Notes: generated by a model not told the origin, from the letters alone. Positions 1 to 12,068 are shown, numbered from the stretch's first letter. The stretch is DNA of 45,173 nt from Asterionella formosa (GCA_002256025.1 NKIB01014304.1:1-45173); one strand, 5' to 3'. Made by a program: numbers and translations.

Positions 1-2
1 TT

Positions 3-1434
3 GTACCCTTCTCATGCCGAACTTCATCGTCGTCCAACAATCCCGATGAAGCAGGCGATCCCAACGCTCCCATGCCACCAAAAGAATTGTCCATTCCTAT
101 GCAGGGCAAGTTTAAAAATCCGATTGTTGCGAAACTATGGACGGCGCGTCAAGAGGCAAAGGCCATTATGGGATTGACGGCCTCTAGTAGCCATGTCACA
201 GATGTCAGCAAGGCGGCGGCGGCAGAGCTACGGGAAGGAAAGGACAACGAGGGTGACATTGTTCCTAGTGGCAAATCGCCAGAGGAGAGTGCACAGGCCA
301 TTTCTTATCCATTTAGCTCAGATGAATTTTTGCAAGAGACGTACAGGAATCCATGGGGACAGATGAGATTTGGAAAGGTACGCTTACTCTGGAAGAAATA
401 CTTCGACTGAAAGTGCCCACGGAGCACAAGCTGACAAAAATCACTGCAATATCAAAATACAGGTGCTGGAAGATCTTGACGCCATGGCAGGCAACATTGC
501 CTTTCATCACGTTTATGGTACACCCCTAATTGTCACAGCTGGGGTAGATCGGATCCGCCTTCGTCGTCGCCCTCTCATTGAAACGGACCAGTGTCTTTCA
601 GGAAAGGTCACATGGGTGGGCAATTCGTCCATGGAAATTAGAATGCAATGTGTTGAGGAAGGCTCCGATGAGGAGTGGCTGGAAGCATACTTTACCTTTG
701 TGACACTAGACCCGGATACAAAGAAGCCTGTTGCCATGCCGGCCCTTCTTCCCCAGACACAAGAAGAACGAGCTCACTTTGAATTAGGAGCGTTGAAATC
801 CCACGCGAAAAAGGCTCGCCGTAGAAACAAGCTTACTGTTGGCGAACAGCTCACAGAAGCAAGTCTCCAAGTTGACAGACAAGCGGGGGCCTTATTGGTC
901 GAAGCGGGGCCTTTGTTGCGCATGCCATCACTGGCCGATCCAAATTCAATCTTGATGAGTAGTACTCACATGCAAAATGCCATGATTGCCCAGCCCCAAG
1001 CTCTTAATTTACACAATCGTATTTTTGGAGGATTTTTGATGCGCCGAGCCTTTGAGCTGGCCTTTGCAACTGCCTATGTCTTTGGTGGGGCCAAGCCTAA
1101 ATTTCTTGAGGTCGACGACATTAGTTTTGAATCTCCTGTTGATGTTGGCGATTTGCTTGTCTTCAATTCAAGAGTACTGTACACCATGCCAAATGGTGGG
1201 TTCTTGGGTGATTATGTCGAAGATCATGTCAATTGTCCATTGATTACTGTTGAAGTGGAAGCCTGGGTAACAGAACCCGAAAAAGCGTATGCAAAGATAT
1301 CCAATCATTTTTACTTTACGTTTTGCCTCCCAGAAGGCACTCCTTGCCGTAAAGTGTTGCCAGCCAATATAGATGAAGCGAGGCGCATGGCCACTAGGAT
1401 GGCGGCAGACATGGAGCAGGCGGCTCAGTGCTAA
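3..1434 (+). CDS. ACOT9: Acyl-CoA thioesterase 9-like (double hot-dog fold); 2 exons visible (<=3..377, 463..1434), probably 5'-truncated by the window edge
   Basis: The ORFs 72..410 and 370..1434 join in frame across a GT..AG intron at 378-462, giving YRNPWGQMRFGK|VLEDLDAMAGNIA. A second hot-dog motif is present (NLHNRIFGGFLMRRAFELA...FLEVDDISFESPVDVG). The frame has no stop from position 3 to the ATG at 72. Confidence 0.88.
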
Positions 1435-1755
1435 TTGTAGTACTGAGTTGAATGTAGTGTATTGTTAACATTTGTATTTCAATGACCATACATAGAGCCA
1501 AGCGAGAAGCTGGCATTCGTTATCATCAAAAGTTCACCATTTACCATGAAAGGAATATGAACGAACTATGATATGGAAGAGGACATGAAAGGAAATCAGC
1601 CATCACGCTACGTACTCTGCATTTTTAAGTGCGTTATCGAGAATTTCACGGTTGCTACCATCATGATATACAAAAAATGCGGACGCTCTGAGAACAAAGC
1701 ATGAAGTCGAAAGGTTTTGCTAGGGGCATGTACTACAGTGGAAACGAATTAGTCC

Positions 1756-3496
1756 TTAGTCCTTATCCTTTTTCTTCTTTTTTTCAGATTTCTTTTCCTT
1801 CTTTGCTTTCTTTTCCTTCTTCTCCTTTTTGTCCTGAACAAATTGATCAGTGTGAACTTCGATTAGCTATTGTGTAACACTTTAGACGGCCAACACCAAT
1901 GAACAAGCCACAAAATTCTCAACTTACCTGTTTGTTAGGAGTCTTTTCCTCGTCATCATCGTCATCACCAACATGATCAGCCTCTTCCACTTCCATGGGC
2001 TTGGCAGTCACTTCCTCCTTTTCTTCCTTTTCGACTTCAACAATCAAAGGAGCTCGTGCTCCATTCTCCCCACCCATTGGTGGTGGCTTGGACTTGGAGA
2101 AGTCCTTGTATGATTCCAGAAAATCACTTGGCGTGTTGGCGTTAGGCTTACCATTCTTATCTAGTTTTCCATCTTTAATCATGCCCTTCTTTCGTTGAGC
2201 CATTGGTCCCAAGCCCCATCGTCTGGGATAAACATCACGTTCCATGACCACACGCTTAATCTTGGCCACCACACCATGGTCTACGGTTGCCATGACTGCC
2301 GTCGTCATTTGCGCCACTGCGACAGCAATGGCCTCACCCTTGGTGGTCATCAAAACCACTTCTTGGTTTATTTCAATCCCATCTGCAAATCGCAACAATC
2401 CCGGAATCATAAGCTTCGCACCATAGCAAATGGCATTGACGGCCGAGTCTTTGACCACCACTCTCTTGTAGTTCTTAAAAAGCACCTCAAGGGGCATGAC
2501 AATACGCCGCAAGTATGTTTCGTCCTTGGTGGTATCATAGACATGTTGAGCATCCAAGACATCATGCATCGTGACCAAGTTGTCCTCTTCTCCCAGTACT
2601 CCACTTCTCACTCGTCTCAACTCTTGCATGTGTCCACCAGTTCCAACGATCAACCCAAGATGAACACAGAGTGTCCGGATGTACGTTCCTGCCTCACATT
2701 TGACCCACACCACACCCAAGTTTCGCTCCTTATCGAATTCCAGCAATTTGGATTCGTAAATGGTTCTAATTCTCAACTGCCGCTTGACTGCCGAGATCAA
2801 TGGTGGTCTCTGAAAGAGCGCCCCCGTCAATGTCTCTACCGCTCGGTAGAGGTCCTTGTGTTCTGCTGCCGCATGTAGCCGCACCACAGATACATATTCC
2901 TTCCCCGCCGACTGCTGTGCCTTGACCAATCGCGTTGCGCGGTCAATGCACACAATCAGACACCCAGTCACCTTGGGATCCAGCGTTCCCGAATGTCCAG
3001 TCTTGTCGACACGCAGAATCCGTTTGATCCAACTCACAACCTCATGAGAGGACGGATTGGCAGGCTTGTCCAAATTAATAACGCCGTAGGACAAGTGCTG
3101 GTCTAAAGGACGAGCGAGGGGGGAGGATCCTGTGGGGAGGGGGGTGTAATGGGATGTCCTGACGTGTAGTTCGTGGTAATTCTTGAGCAAGAGGGGCCAT
3201 TTGGAGGTGTCTAGTTGGGGAGTTGTGGACGATGGGGCAATGAGGGATCCCTGGGAAGTTTCGGCAATGGCGACGGATCCATCGTCGGCCTTGCGCTTCT
3301 TTTTCTTTTCTAAACAAGCGTGTTAGGTAAATGCGTTACATGGATGCAAAGGTCACCGGCAAGCGGCCGAGTGTTGGCAGAGGCGCCGCCGTTGCAGTTC
3401 GAGACCAACTTTCGTTCGTTCGTTCCTATCTCACACACACACGCAACTATATTTCTACTCAACAAGTGCAGGTGCGTACTAACCTGATCCACCCAT
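1756..3496 (-). CDS. DKC1: H/ACA snoRNP pseudouridine synthase dyskerin/Cbf5; exons 3496-3484, 3309-1928, 1833-1756
   Basis: TruB motifs [15 protein letters not shown] and GHSGTLDP, a PUA domain ([19 protein letters not shown]) and a Lys-rich tail. Introns 3483-3310 (GTTAGT..TAG) and 1927-1834 (GTAAGT..CAG) keep the frame, giving MGGSEKKKKRK... and ...[15 protein letters not shown]...KDKD*. Confidence 0.96.
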
Positions 3497-4803
3497 GCTG
3501 AATGATGTGGTCTCGAGACACTGCAAAAGGATGTGCGTAGCTGTAGGACTCGCTTGCTTACTGTTACAGCAACAACAGCTCTTTGATGTTGTTTAATAGT
3601 GAGAAATCACTGTTCTACTACCAGGTGCCATCGAACCGAGCTCTACCGGTAGGTTATATACGGTAAATACAACCGGTATTACCGGTACTCGAATTTATAT
3701 TAGCTATAATATACTCCAGTTTTCCGGTAGTAATTCTTACAGATCAGGCAGTAACTGGAATGCCCGGTGGTATATACCTGGTATGAAGCTGTGGCCTACC
3801 GAAAGTATGTAGTAAGTATGTACGATATATCTACAGCCTAAGTAGTGGTGCTGGTTCCTGGTACCATACTCCAGACTCCACAGTGCACATACCGGTACCG
3901 GCACTGCATTACCTACTATTTTTGTACCGCCATGCTGATCATGATGATGGTGCGTATGCTGTTTGTGTGTGTGTGATCATGCTGGTTGTCTGATGAGGAC
4001 TACATATGTACCAGTAGCAGGAGCAGGAGCAGGAGCAGGATGCTGATTGATGTACAAATGATGGGTGGCTGGTTCAAGATTTGCCTTCGCTCATGACCCA
4101 ATGGAAAGCGCGGAAATTGCGCGAGTGCTTTGTAGGATGAACTCCGTAGTAACTGGTACCTGGTAGTCTCAACAAAAATCATGGGCGGCCCATCACCGGA
4201 GCCCAACAACCTTTGCTTTGGGACCAGTGATCTCCAGTACACATACCGGTGGCACCTGGCTCCGGAGCCGCAATTATTTTCAAATCATATCCAGTAAGTG
4301 CAAGGTACTGTACCAGTACCAGGAACAGTATTGGTAATACGCACTTCATCAGTAATCATCTGTCGTCTGCCATACTACCGGTAGCCATGTAAAACAAAAC
4401 GTTGCGCGGCATGCATTCTGGCACCATGTACGGGAGTGTAGCGGTAAAAGAAGGTTTTTGCTATACATAAAGAAAATCCAGCTGATAATAAATGTCTTTG
4501 TATAACAGCATGGCGCTCTGCCTGCTGTTTTCATATGAAATACCAGTATATACCGTGTGTAGTGTAAATGTTTTCATCGGCCACTGATCCTCCTCGTCAT
4601 GATGATCCTCGTTCCCTTATCATTTTATTTTATTGATGGCTCTGCCAACAACAACAATACTATTTGATATATTGGTATCAGGTATACATTACAGCACCAC
4701 TCCCAACAACCCAAATCTATTATCAATTCGACTTATTACTCGGCAGTAATCATCGGGACGGGAATTGCTGTTCATAGTTGTGATTGCTGACCCATTTTGT
4801 AAA

Positions 4804-6795
4804 ATGAAGTCCATATATTCATGGAACAAACGGCGGTTACTGCTACTGCTACTCCTACAGTTTTCCATTATTATGAGAGCATGGACGGTGGTTGCATTTG
4901 TATTCCAACACCCTAGTAAAATACCTGCTTTTGTCACTACCAAGAACAAGAATCTGTTATTCGTTTCTGTCGTTGGTCCAGAAGATGAGTATGAGTTTGA
5001 ACCAGATGATGCTGCCTTGGCTGAGTTAGAACAGGTGGATGTATTGGCCATTGAAGGAGACGAGATTGATACTGACGTGGCGGAAGAGGAAGAGGAATTG
5101 ATTTTAATGGAAGAAGTAGAACTGGATGAAGAAGAAGTCGAAGACATTGTTGTAGACGAGCTTGGTGAAGAAGAGATTGAAGCTGAGTTTGAAGAAATTC
5201 TGGAAGATGACGAACTTATTGAAGAGGAGGAAGAGGAGGAAGACGAGGAGGAATATGATTACATGGAAGGGCCACGAATGGACGAAAAAGCAAGGAAATT
5301 ACCATTCTGGGATGAAGAGGAGCAAGGAGACTATGAACTTCAAGATGATGATGATCCCAACTACACCAAGCAAAAGGAACTATTGGAAGCGAACGAGGCA
5401 CGGTTTCAGGAGCAGCAAAAGATCAACAACTTTGATCCCATTGATTACATGATCAACGACATGCCTAGAGAAGAACGCGAAAAATTGCGGGCACTACCCA
5501 TTATGAAACAAGTGAATGCAAAAATGAAGGACATGACTCTGACGGAGGAGGACCTGGAAGGTGTGTCCAGCTGGGAGGACATTGATGCCAAATATAAGGA
5601 TTCTCTGTCGGAAGAGCAGCCGTGGGTGATGAATGATGAAGATAGAGATGAATTGGATAAGATGGCTGGAATGAAAAATGAAGATATACAAGAACTAGAA
5701 GAGTCTTGGAGTAATATTCAGGCAATAAAGGGCCTAGCTGACCCGAATCAGGTTAATGACATTCAACGTGAGTTGACGGAGCATGAACTTCTAGAAATAG
5801 GTTCGGTTCTGGTCGAAATAAGTGGTGCGGCGTACAACTGTACCGAATACTTGATTTACGATTTGGATTTCAATGTCACGAACCTTATTCTGGCCGCCAT
5901 TCAACACAATCCCCAGGCACCCGTTATCTTCACACATTGGTACCCTCAATTGATTACTATGGATCGATATGCTAGTGTCAGAGAAGCCGGCTTTGACTGG
6001 TCCTGGGACGACGTACAGGGGGCGGATATTAGCGAATTGGAACGATACTACGCGGGACTGGGATATACAGAAATTCCCAGCAAGAATCCAATCGACACAG
6101 GCATTATTACATTGGACGATTTGGATGAAGACGAAATTAAAATGGCGTCAATGGAGCGCTGGATGACAGATGTCTATAACTCAGAATGGGATCGCAAGGA
6201 CTTTGACGACGATGATATCAAAGATGAAGATAACGTCTTTTCAAATAGCTTTGAAATGCCGCTTCATCCAGACAAACCATTGATTCAAGATGCATTGGAG
6301 GATGTTCGCCGCTGGAATATGGAAATGGATTATGAAAATGGAATTGGAGAAGACAATGAGTTGTCAGAAGACGAAAGGGAGTACAGAGAGATGCTTGGCA
6401 AGGAAATTAAGTATGACTATGATCATGATCCGGAGTTCGAAGAGCAGTTTCGTGGCCATGTCGTTGTGGCTTGTACCGGTGACGATTCCGATCTGGAGAT
6501 CGCAGAAAAGATTACTCTAGCGCTGACAGGAAAGTTTGGGAAGCAAGTGTTTGTTGAGACCCGCGTGATAACTCATGCAAGAGAGGAAGATAATGTGTTT
6601 GAAGTCTGGATTGAGTCATATGATGTGGAGCTGTTGCATTCCAAGAAGCGAGCGACGACAGGTACAAGCGGCTGGACTGGACCTGCGGACTGTGATGACG
6701 AGCAAATTGATTATCTGGTGGATCGAGTCGGCTTTTTGATAAGTGATGACGCCCGATACAGTTACAAGTACGAAGTGCAAATGGAAGGAGTTTAA
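4804..6795 (+). CDS. Very acidic (D/E-rich) hypothetical protein with a putative signal peptide and plastid-type transit motif
   Basis: Single ~663-codon ORF from ATG 4804. It has a hydrophobic leader (LLLLLLLQFSIIMRAWTVVA-FVF) resembling the diatom ASAFAP cleavage motif, long poly-E/D tracts, and a more complex C-terminal region. No family recognised. Confidence 0.8.
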   Translation: MKSIYSWNKRRLLLLLLLQFSIIMRAWTVVAFVFQHPSKIPAFVTTKNKNLLFVSVVGPEDEYEFEPDDAALAELEQVDVLAIEGDEIDTDVAEEEEELILMEEVELDEEEVEDIVVDELGEEEIEAEFEEILEDDELIEEEEEEEDEEEYDYMEGPRMDEKARKLPFWDEEEQGDYELQDDDDPNYTKQKELLEANEARFQEQQKINNFDPIDYMINDMPREEREKLRALPIMKQVNAKMKDMTLTEEDLEGVSSWEDIDAKYKDSLSEEQPWVMNDEDRDELDKMAGMKNEDIQELEESWSNIQAIKGLADPNQVNDIQRELTEHELLEIGSVLVEISGAAYNCTEYLIYDLDFNVTNLILAAIQHNPQAPVIFTHWYPQLITMDRYASVREAGFDWSWDDVQGADISELERYYAGLGYTEIPSKNPIDTGIITLDDLDEDEIKMASMERWMTDVYNSEWDRKDFDDDDIKDEDNVFSNSFEMPLHPDKPLIQDALEDVRRWNMEMDYENGIGEDNELSEDEREYREMLGKEIKYDYDHDPEFEEQFRGHVVVACTGDDSDLEIAEKITLALTGKFGKQVFVETRVITHAREEDNVFEVWIESYDVELLHSKKRATTGTSGWTGPADCDDEQIDYLVDRVGFLISDDARYSYKYEVQMEGV

Positions 6796-7020
6796 ATAAA
6801 GGAAGTTTCTATATAAAAAGTAGCAATTGAATATCAAACCTTGGTACGCCAGGCAGATGGAGTAAAACCATGGAGCATAGGGCACTTGCCTTGGAGTAGA
6901 TGATCTTGCCAAGTTGGTTGGACAAGTTCCACAATATCGTTGATATGGTACATATTTAGTGAAGCGACCGTCTCCATGAGCAATTGTTGTGGGTAATCCA
7001 AACCACTATATTTGAAAATA

Positions 7021-7716
7021 TTAGAAACAGCCTGAATGTATTTTGGTCACCTTCAAAATCCGTGGTACCTTGTTCTTTCCTCTCACTCTAACTCTTGGGG
7101 GTAGAGGCACATTGTTAAGACCTTGTATTTCTGGAGTGGGCATGAGTAGAGTTCTTCCGAAATCAGACAAAAACTGAAGATACTGGAAGTATTTCTCTGG
7201 TTCTACCTCACCATTAGCATCTAGACATTGTACAATGTTATGTGGGCGATGGTCACATGAATCCATTTGTGCCATGTGGGTGAAATGTGGGTTTGATGAC
7301 ATGTTGATTGTGGTGAAATCCGAGATGATTTGTTGTTGTTGTTGTTCTTGACAGTGTGGTCCCCTAGTACCTGGTACTGGTACCAGGTACCAGGTACCAG
7401 GTACCAGGTACCAGAGTACCGTATAGCTATTGTTGTATCTATGTATGATATACTGGTAAATGATGCGTCCTATATGTACTGATTCTACGATGATAATGAT
7501 TGGGTTTCTAGTGACTACATTCAAAGTAGTCAATATGGAATCCTAGGTTTAGGTAACTTTGAGAAAAAAAACCTAAACGTAATGCATACGGAATCCCCTG
7601 AACGTACCGGTAATGCGTTTGCATTGGGTTTTTCACTCCCGAAAGCATCGTTTTTTAGGGTTACCGAAACCAAAACACTGTTTGGTTTGTGTTTTGGTCC
7701 ACCGTTAGCAACGGCC
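7021..7716 (-). mobile_element. Truncated PIF/Harbinger-like end with an N-terminal ORF remnant
   Basis: Ends CCGTTAGCAACGGCC|TAA at 7716-7719 (GGCC terminus plus TWA, the Harbinger pattern). An inward-facing short ORF remnant (MSSNPHF...VQCLDANGEVEPEKYFQY) is present. No partner TIR was found. Confidence 0.35.
7367..7420. repeat. (GGTACCA)n heptamer microsatellite / palindromic GGTACC array
   Basis: gtacctggtactggtaccaggtaccaggtaccaggtaccaggtaccagagtacc read directly. Confidence 0.9.
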
Positions 7717-7954
7717 TAAGACGATGCCATGTCCATCATTCATCTATCCTCGCTATTTTAGTCCTATCGACCGACGTATGTCGGATTCTCTATGCAAAGA
7801 AAAGTCTAATTGTCAGCCGGTTTGACAAAGCGCAAGCCATAGCATTGTACGCGCTGCTACCTGAGTACGCGAAAACCCCATCAATTATTCTGTCATGCAA
7901 CAATTGCCATACTCCCAATGGTGCACAAACTTCTGTGTAAAAACAATCCTTCAT

Positions 7955-9403
7955 TTAGGCATCTTTTCTCGGAAGCAACTCTCGCTTATGAACAGTCATG
8001 AACCCCTCTAATTCTTTCCAAAAGTTAGCCCAACAAACACTATCCAAGCCACGCTTGTCTCGATTGAATTTCCCATGAACAACTCTCCACCCCTGCAATT
8101 CCACAGGAATCTTATCTCCAACCATGTGCGGATAAAATCCCTTCACCTTTTGAAATAGTTTGACAGGGTCACTGTAGTCTCGCGGCCAATCTTTAAATTG
8201 CCAGGAGGCTCCCAACGTAACAACCGCCACGATACGCTCCCATTCTTTGGGGTCACCACCTAGTTTCGCTTTCGGATTATCCATGAGTTCGAATTCCACC
8301 ATGCCGCCACCATTTCGACTGTCCATGGTGTGAGTAAAGACGGTTTGCGGTGGATTCCGTCCATTCAATTGCAGCATCTTGTCGCGTGGGACAAAGTTGC
8401 TGTTGCCGAAGAATTCGTAGGCATTCAAGAGAGTGAGAGGTGCTGTCATTCCTTTGGGTAAGATAATAATTGGTCTTTTACCCACGAGATATTGTTTAGA
8501 AGACGCTTGAGGCGTACCACTGCTTGTTTTCGCCTTGCTGTTGGTTGACTTGTCTTTGACTTCTTGGTATAGCTGCAGAACACGGGTGAGGTCTCGGCCC
8601 GGAGCAGGGCGCAAGATACTGGCGGAGTTTCCCACGGGAATCTCATAGCTCACAATGTGATCAATTTTGGACTCCTTGATAAGTTCCGGAGTCACATCAA
8701 ATCCTTCGGCGGACAGAGCCTTGTGGATTTCACTCTGCTCATGTTCACTATCTTCCCGTTTGTCTACAACGGTACTAAGATTGGCAACGACTTGCTCATT
8801 TGTCATGAGCATTTTCGGTTTCTTTGGTGGAGGCGGCTTTTCTTCCCTCTCTCTTCTATCTTCTTTGCTACGAGGTTTGGAATCTTGCCGATCTCTCTTG
8901 CGGTGGTCCTTATCAGATTTGTCTAGATGTTTGCGTTCCTGCTCCCTCTTCCGTTCCTTGTGCGCATGTTTTCGATCCTTGTATTCCTTTAGCTTTCGAG
9001 CTTCTTCTTCATCAATAGGATTCTTATTTTCAACATCCGCATCTGCAGGTGTGGGTTCAACGGCGACAGTCACCGGCTCCGTCACAATGGCACCTTCTTC
9101 TTCAGCCCCAAAATATCCCACAATCGTCGGCTTGTCGAGTGCCTTGACTGGATCCTTAACGTCATACTTCTTACAAGCGTTACGATAGGCCATCAATCCC
9201 TGGTTGGGATCCAATATTTGAAGAAAGATGGATGCGATTGTGTAAGAACATGACTTGCCATCCTTGCTGTCGACGGTGATCGTAGCCTTGCCGTCGAGCT
9301 GCATGGGCCCATTGGACAACAGGCTTCCGTCGTCGCTAATCTTGCAGCTGGCGAGCTTGTCCGCCGTGGACCACTCAAGAAGAGTGGCAAGAGGAGAGGA
9401 CAT
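7955..9403 (-). CDS. CDC73: PAF1 complex subunit CDC73 (parafibromin)
   Basis: C-terminal CDC73 domain motifs RPIIILP...LTLLNAYEFF, EWERIVAVVTLGASWQFKDWP and RDKRGLD. The middle is charged. Single 482-aa ORF. Confidence 0.9.
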   Translation of the reverse strand: MSSPLATLLEWSTADKLASCKISDDGSLLSNGPMQLDGKATITVDSKDGKSCSYTIASIFLQILDPNQGLMAYRNACKKYDVKDPVKALDKPTIVGYFGAEEEGAIVTEPVTVAVEPTPADADVENKNPIDEEEARKLKEYKDRKHAHKERKREQERKHLDKSDKDHRKRDRQDSKPRSKEDRREREEKPPPPKKPKMLMTNEQVVANLSTVVDKREDSEHEQSEIHKALSAEGFDVTPELIKESKIDHIVSYEIPVGNSASILRPAPGRDLTRVLQLYQEVKDKSTNSKAKTSSGTPQASSKQYLVGKRPIIILPKGMTAPLTLLNAYEFFGNSNFVPRDKMLQLNGRNPPQTVFTHTMDSRNGGGMVEFELMDNPKAKLGGDPKEWERIVAVVTLGASWQFKDWPRDYSDPVKLFQKVKGFYPHMVGDKIPVELQGWRVVHGKFNRDKRGLDSVCWANFWKELEGFMTVHKRELLPRKDA

Positions 9404-9814
9404 ACTAAGGCTGTGCGTGTTGGATACCGATGGGTGTCAGTACAGCAGGTGTGTGCACTGTCATGGTCAGCTAAGATGAATCGCTCGGGCAGAGGGGTGT
9501 CATGGGCGAACAAGGGAAATGCGCATCAAAAATAACGTCTTTGCAAAAATCGTCTATTAACGTTAAATGTGGAGAGGTCACAAGAAGTGACCCCTGTTTT
9601 GTACTTAGATAGTTTCAATAGACGATCTAACAAAGGGGTCCAAGTCTTGGCAGCGATGAACGCTGAACCTTTAGTATCATCAGCCGCGTGAATCGCCCGT
9701 GAGATCCAACGGCTGCGGCTAAAACGCATTGCGCCCCTTCCATTCCATTCCATTTCACAGAAGCTCAGACCATACCGCTACTACTCCACCCAACTTTTTT
9801 CCTGCACTCTCACC
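9404..9814. promoter_or_regulatory. Short divergent intergenic region (probable bidirectional promoter) between CDC73 and clathrin light chain
   Basis: Head-to-head start codons 411 bp apart. No specific motif identified. Confidence 0.4.
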
Positions 9815-10429
9815 ATGGCCGACTTTGACGAAGACAACGCATTCGCTGCTCCTCCTTCGGAACTCGCGGATGATGCACCCATTGTCCTTGGACCTCCTGA
9901 CGACTACGGCAATGACGATGACATGCTTGGCTTCGCGGCTCCTCCAGCCGAAGAGTTTGTCGGGACTGTCGATGAAACGGACCCCTTCGTTTGCATGATT
10001 CCACCTGCAGGCGAGGCTGCTGCTACCTTGGATGACGATGACACTCCTGCTCTGACGCAGATGGTGGCTATGGAACCATCCCCAATGGCCAAATTCAACG
10101 AGGCCTGGCAACAGACGCTTGTGGAGCGCAAGGACGAAGAGAACGCAAAAAAGGCAGAATACTTGGCCAAGGCAGAGACTGACCTGAAGACTTTTGCCAT
10201 TCAGAGAGAGCAGAAGCGGGAGAACAAGATGAAGGCAAACCGTGCTGATGAACAGGAGAAGCTCGAAGCCATTGAAGCGGATCTCGAAAATGACAATTCG
10301 TGGCAGAAAGTATGCAAAATGGTGGAACTCAATTTGGAGTCCAATACCGAAAGCGCTGATGTCAAGCGCATGAGAGACGTATTGATTGTGTTGAAGAATG
10401 ATACGCAGAAAGCTACTTTGCTTGTTTAG
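9815..10429 (+). CDS. CLC: Clathrin light chain
   Basis: Acidic N-terminus, central helix (FNEAWQQTLVERKDEENAKK...NRADEQ) and C-terminal NSWQKVCKMVEL...DVKRMRDVLIVLK, all typical of clathrin light chains. Confidence 0.88.
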   Translation: MADFDEDNAFAAPPSELADDAPIVLGPPDDYGNDDDMLGFAAPPAEEFVGTVDETDPFVCMIPPAGEAAATLDDDDTPALTQMVAMEPSPMAKFNEAWQQTLVERKDEENAKKAEYLAKAETDLKTFAIQREQKRENKMKANRADEQEKLEAIEADLENDNSWQKVCKMVELNLESNTESADVKRMRDVLIVLKNDTQKATLLV

Positions 10430-10875
10430 ATTCACTTTCGTTCGTGGGTGGATGGAGGAATGTAGCTGGCTGCTGGATTGTGGGGACAGCTGCTCTATTG
10501 TGAATGACCTAAATACAATGACAACAGAAATAGGCTACCAGTTAGTCAAAATCTTCTTTTTCTTCTTTTTTGTTCATTGCTTGCCTCTTGTTCGCAACAT
10601 TAAATTTCCAAAGGTCGTCAATGGGCTATTTTGGGACCACTTTAAGTTTTGCTGTTATCGCCCTTGCGATACTCACATAATTCACAAGCATCTTTTGGAA
10701 GTAAATCAATGGCGATTTCCTAGAGACTGAATGGACTTGTCCTTGACTTCTACTGCAACCGGTAATGCAGTTGATATCACAGACAAATTCAATCGTAGCA
10801 ATCAAAAGAAGATTCTACTGGATAACGTAAAATAGGGAGAGAGATAAAAAACAGGGTAGATTATTTGCATCATTT

Positions 10876-11480
10876 TTAAGCGGAAACTTTTGTTGGATGA
10901 GCCATGTGATGCTAGAGGGCCTTGACGTCTGCTTGCCATCCCTCATGAAGTTGAACTGACATGGCATTGGGGAAGATATCTTCTGTTCCGGTTTGCAGAG
11001 CTTATGTCACGGCCTCGTCTGCCATGGCAGTATCAATAGGCCCAGGGTATACACCGATTTTTAAAGTACTCACCAAGTCGTGGCAATGGGCTTGAGTCAA
11101 GGAGTGCAAGGCCACCTTGGAAGCTGAGTGTGTGCCGCCCAGAGGAAAGTTAACTAGATTTGCAATGGAAACAATCATGTTCACAATGGCAGAATTGGTT
11201 TGGGACTTGAGAATTGGAGAGAAGCTGTGGACAACATTCAATGGAGCAATTAGTTGACTTGCATCTCCTGGATTGCACCATTTTTGGTGACGTCTAGGGT
11301 CGATGTAGATCCAAAGTATCCAGCATTGTTTACAAAATGATTTACTTCAGGATACTGTACTCCCAGGGTAGCTACGAGTTTGCTCATAATCTGTGACATC
11401 AAGAGATACTGCAGCCACAACCCTACCATTGCTGGATAACAACACAAGATTCTCCAATTGTGCAGCACCGTAAACATGCC
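10876..11480 (-). pseudogene. Short-chain dehydrogenase/reductase pseudogene
   Basis: Fragments in shifting frames: VSLDVTD, FVNNAGYFG, AIVNMIVSIA, a YxxxK-like motif degraded to THSASKVALHSLTQ, and GVYPGPIDTAMA. Multiple stops and frameshifts; no intact N-terminal TGxxxGxG seen. Confidence 0.8.
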
Positions 11481-12068
11481 AGTGCTAGCTATATAATTTA
11501 TTTTGTTGATGGGAAAATCAACATTAGCTTCACAGTGCAACATGAAAACACCACTGGTGCAATCAATTGATCAAATGGCGTTTATAATTCATATTCTAAC
11601 CTCACACCACTTTTGCAAGCCCTTTTGTCATATGATAGTAGTAGTGTTATAGTTGTATTGGTGGTCTTATCTTGAGTCGTTGCTGGAACAAATCAATAGT
11701 TCTATTTGCCTTCCTATAAATTGACGAATATTCTTTTACATCGTAGATTGGAAATGTCTTACGCAATTTTAAAGATATATCTACAATTTTTCTTCCTTTG
11801 CATCATTCATACAATGCTGTATTAGATATCCAAGGCACAGCGACTGTCTCGTTTGCTATTTTGATGGAGAAATGGCCAATGATAAACATAGTCATTGCAT
11901 TGATGACAACATGTTAACAAGTCTCCAAGTACCAGTTGCATGTATACACAGGCTCCGTCACATGAGATATTTGTATGTTGGCTACCGGTATATAATCCTT
12001 CATATGCAAACAGTGAAGATACTAAGGGTGCCGGCGATTTGAGGCAACTGTTTTCACATACTAGCTAG

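Noticed and set aside
3310..3483. Intronic H/ACA snoRNA in the dyskerin first intron
   Set aside because: An ANANNA (ATAGGA) and ACA triplets exist, but I could not build a convincing two-hairpin fold. The intron is largely simple repeats. It needs a snoRNA or Infernal scan.
3935..4050. C/D-box snoRNA or hammerhead core (ATGATGA...CTGATGAG...CTGA)
   Set aside because: No terminal stem or recognisable rRNA guide, and no GAAA/stem II for a hammerhead. The context is low-complexity.
9755..10435. Long antisense ORFs (e.g. 9755..10435, 2195..2878, 8667..9188, 4689..5147)
   Set aside because: Shadows of real genes on the opposite strand, with no recognisable motifs.
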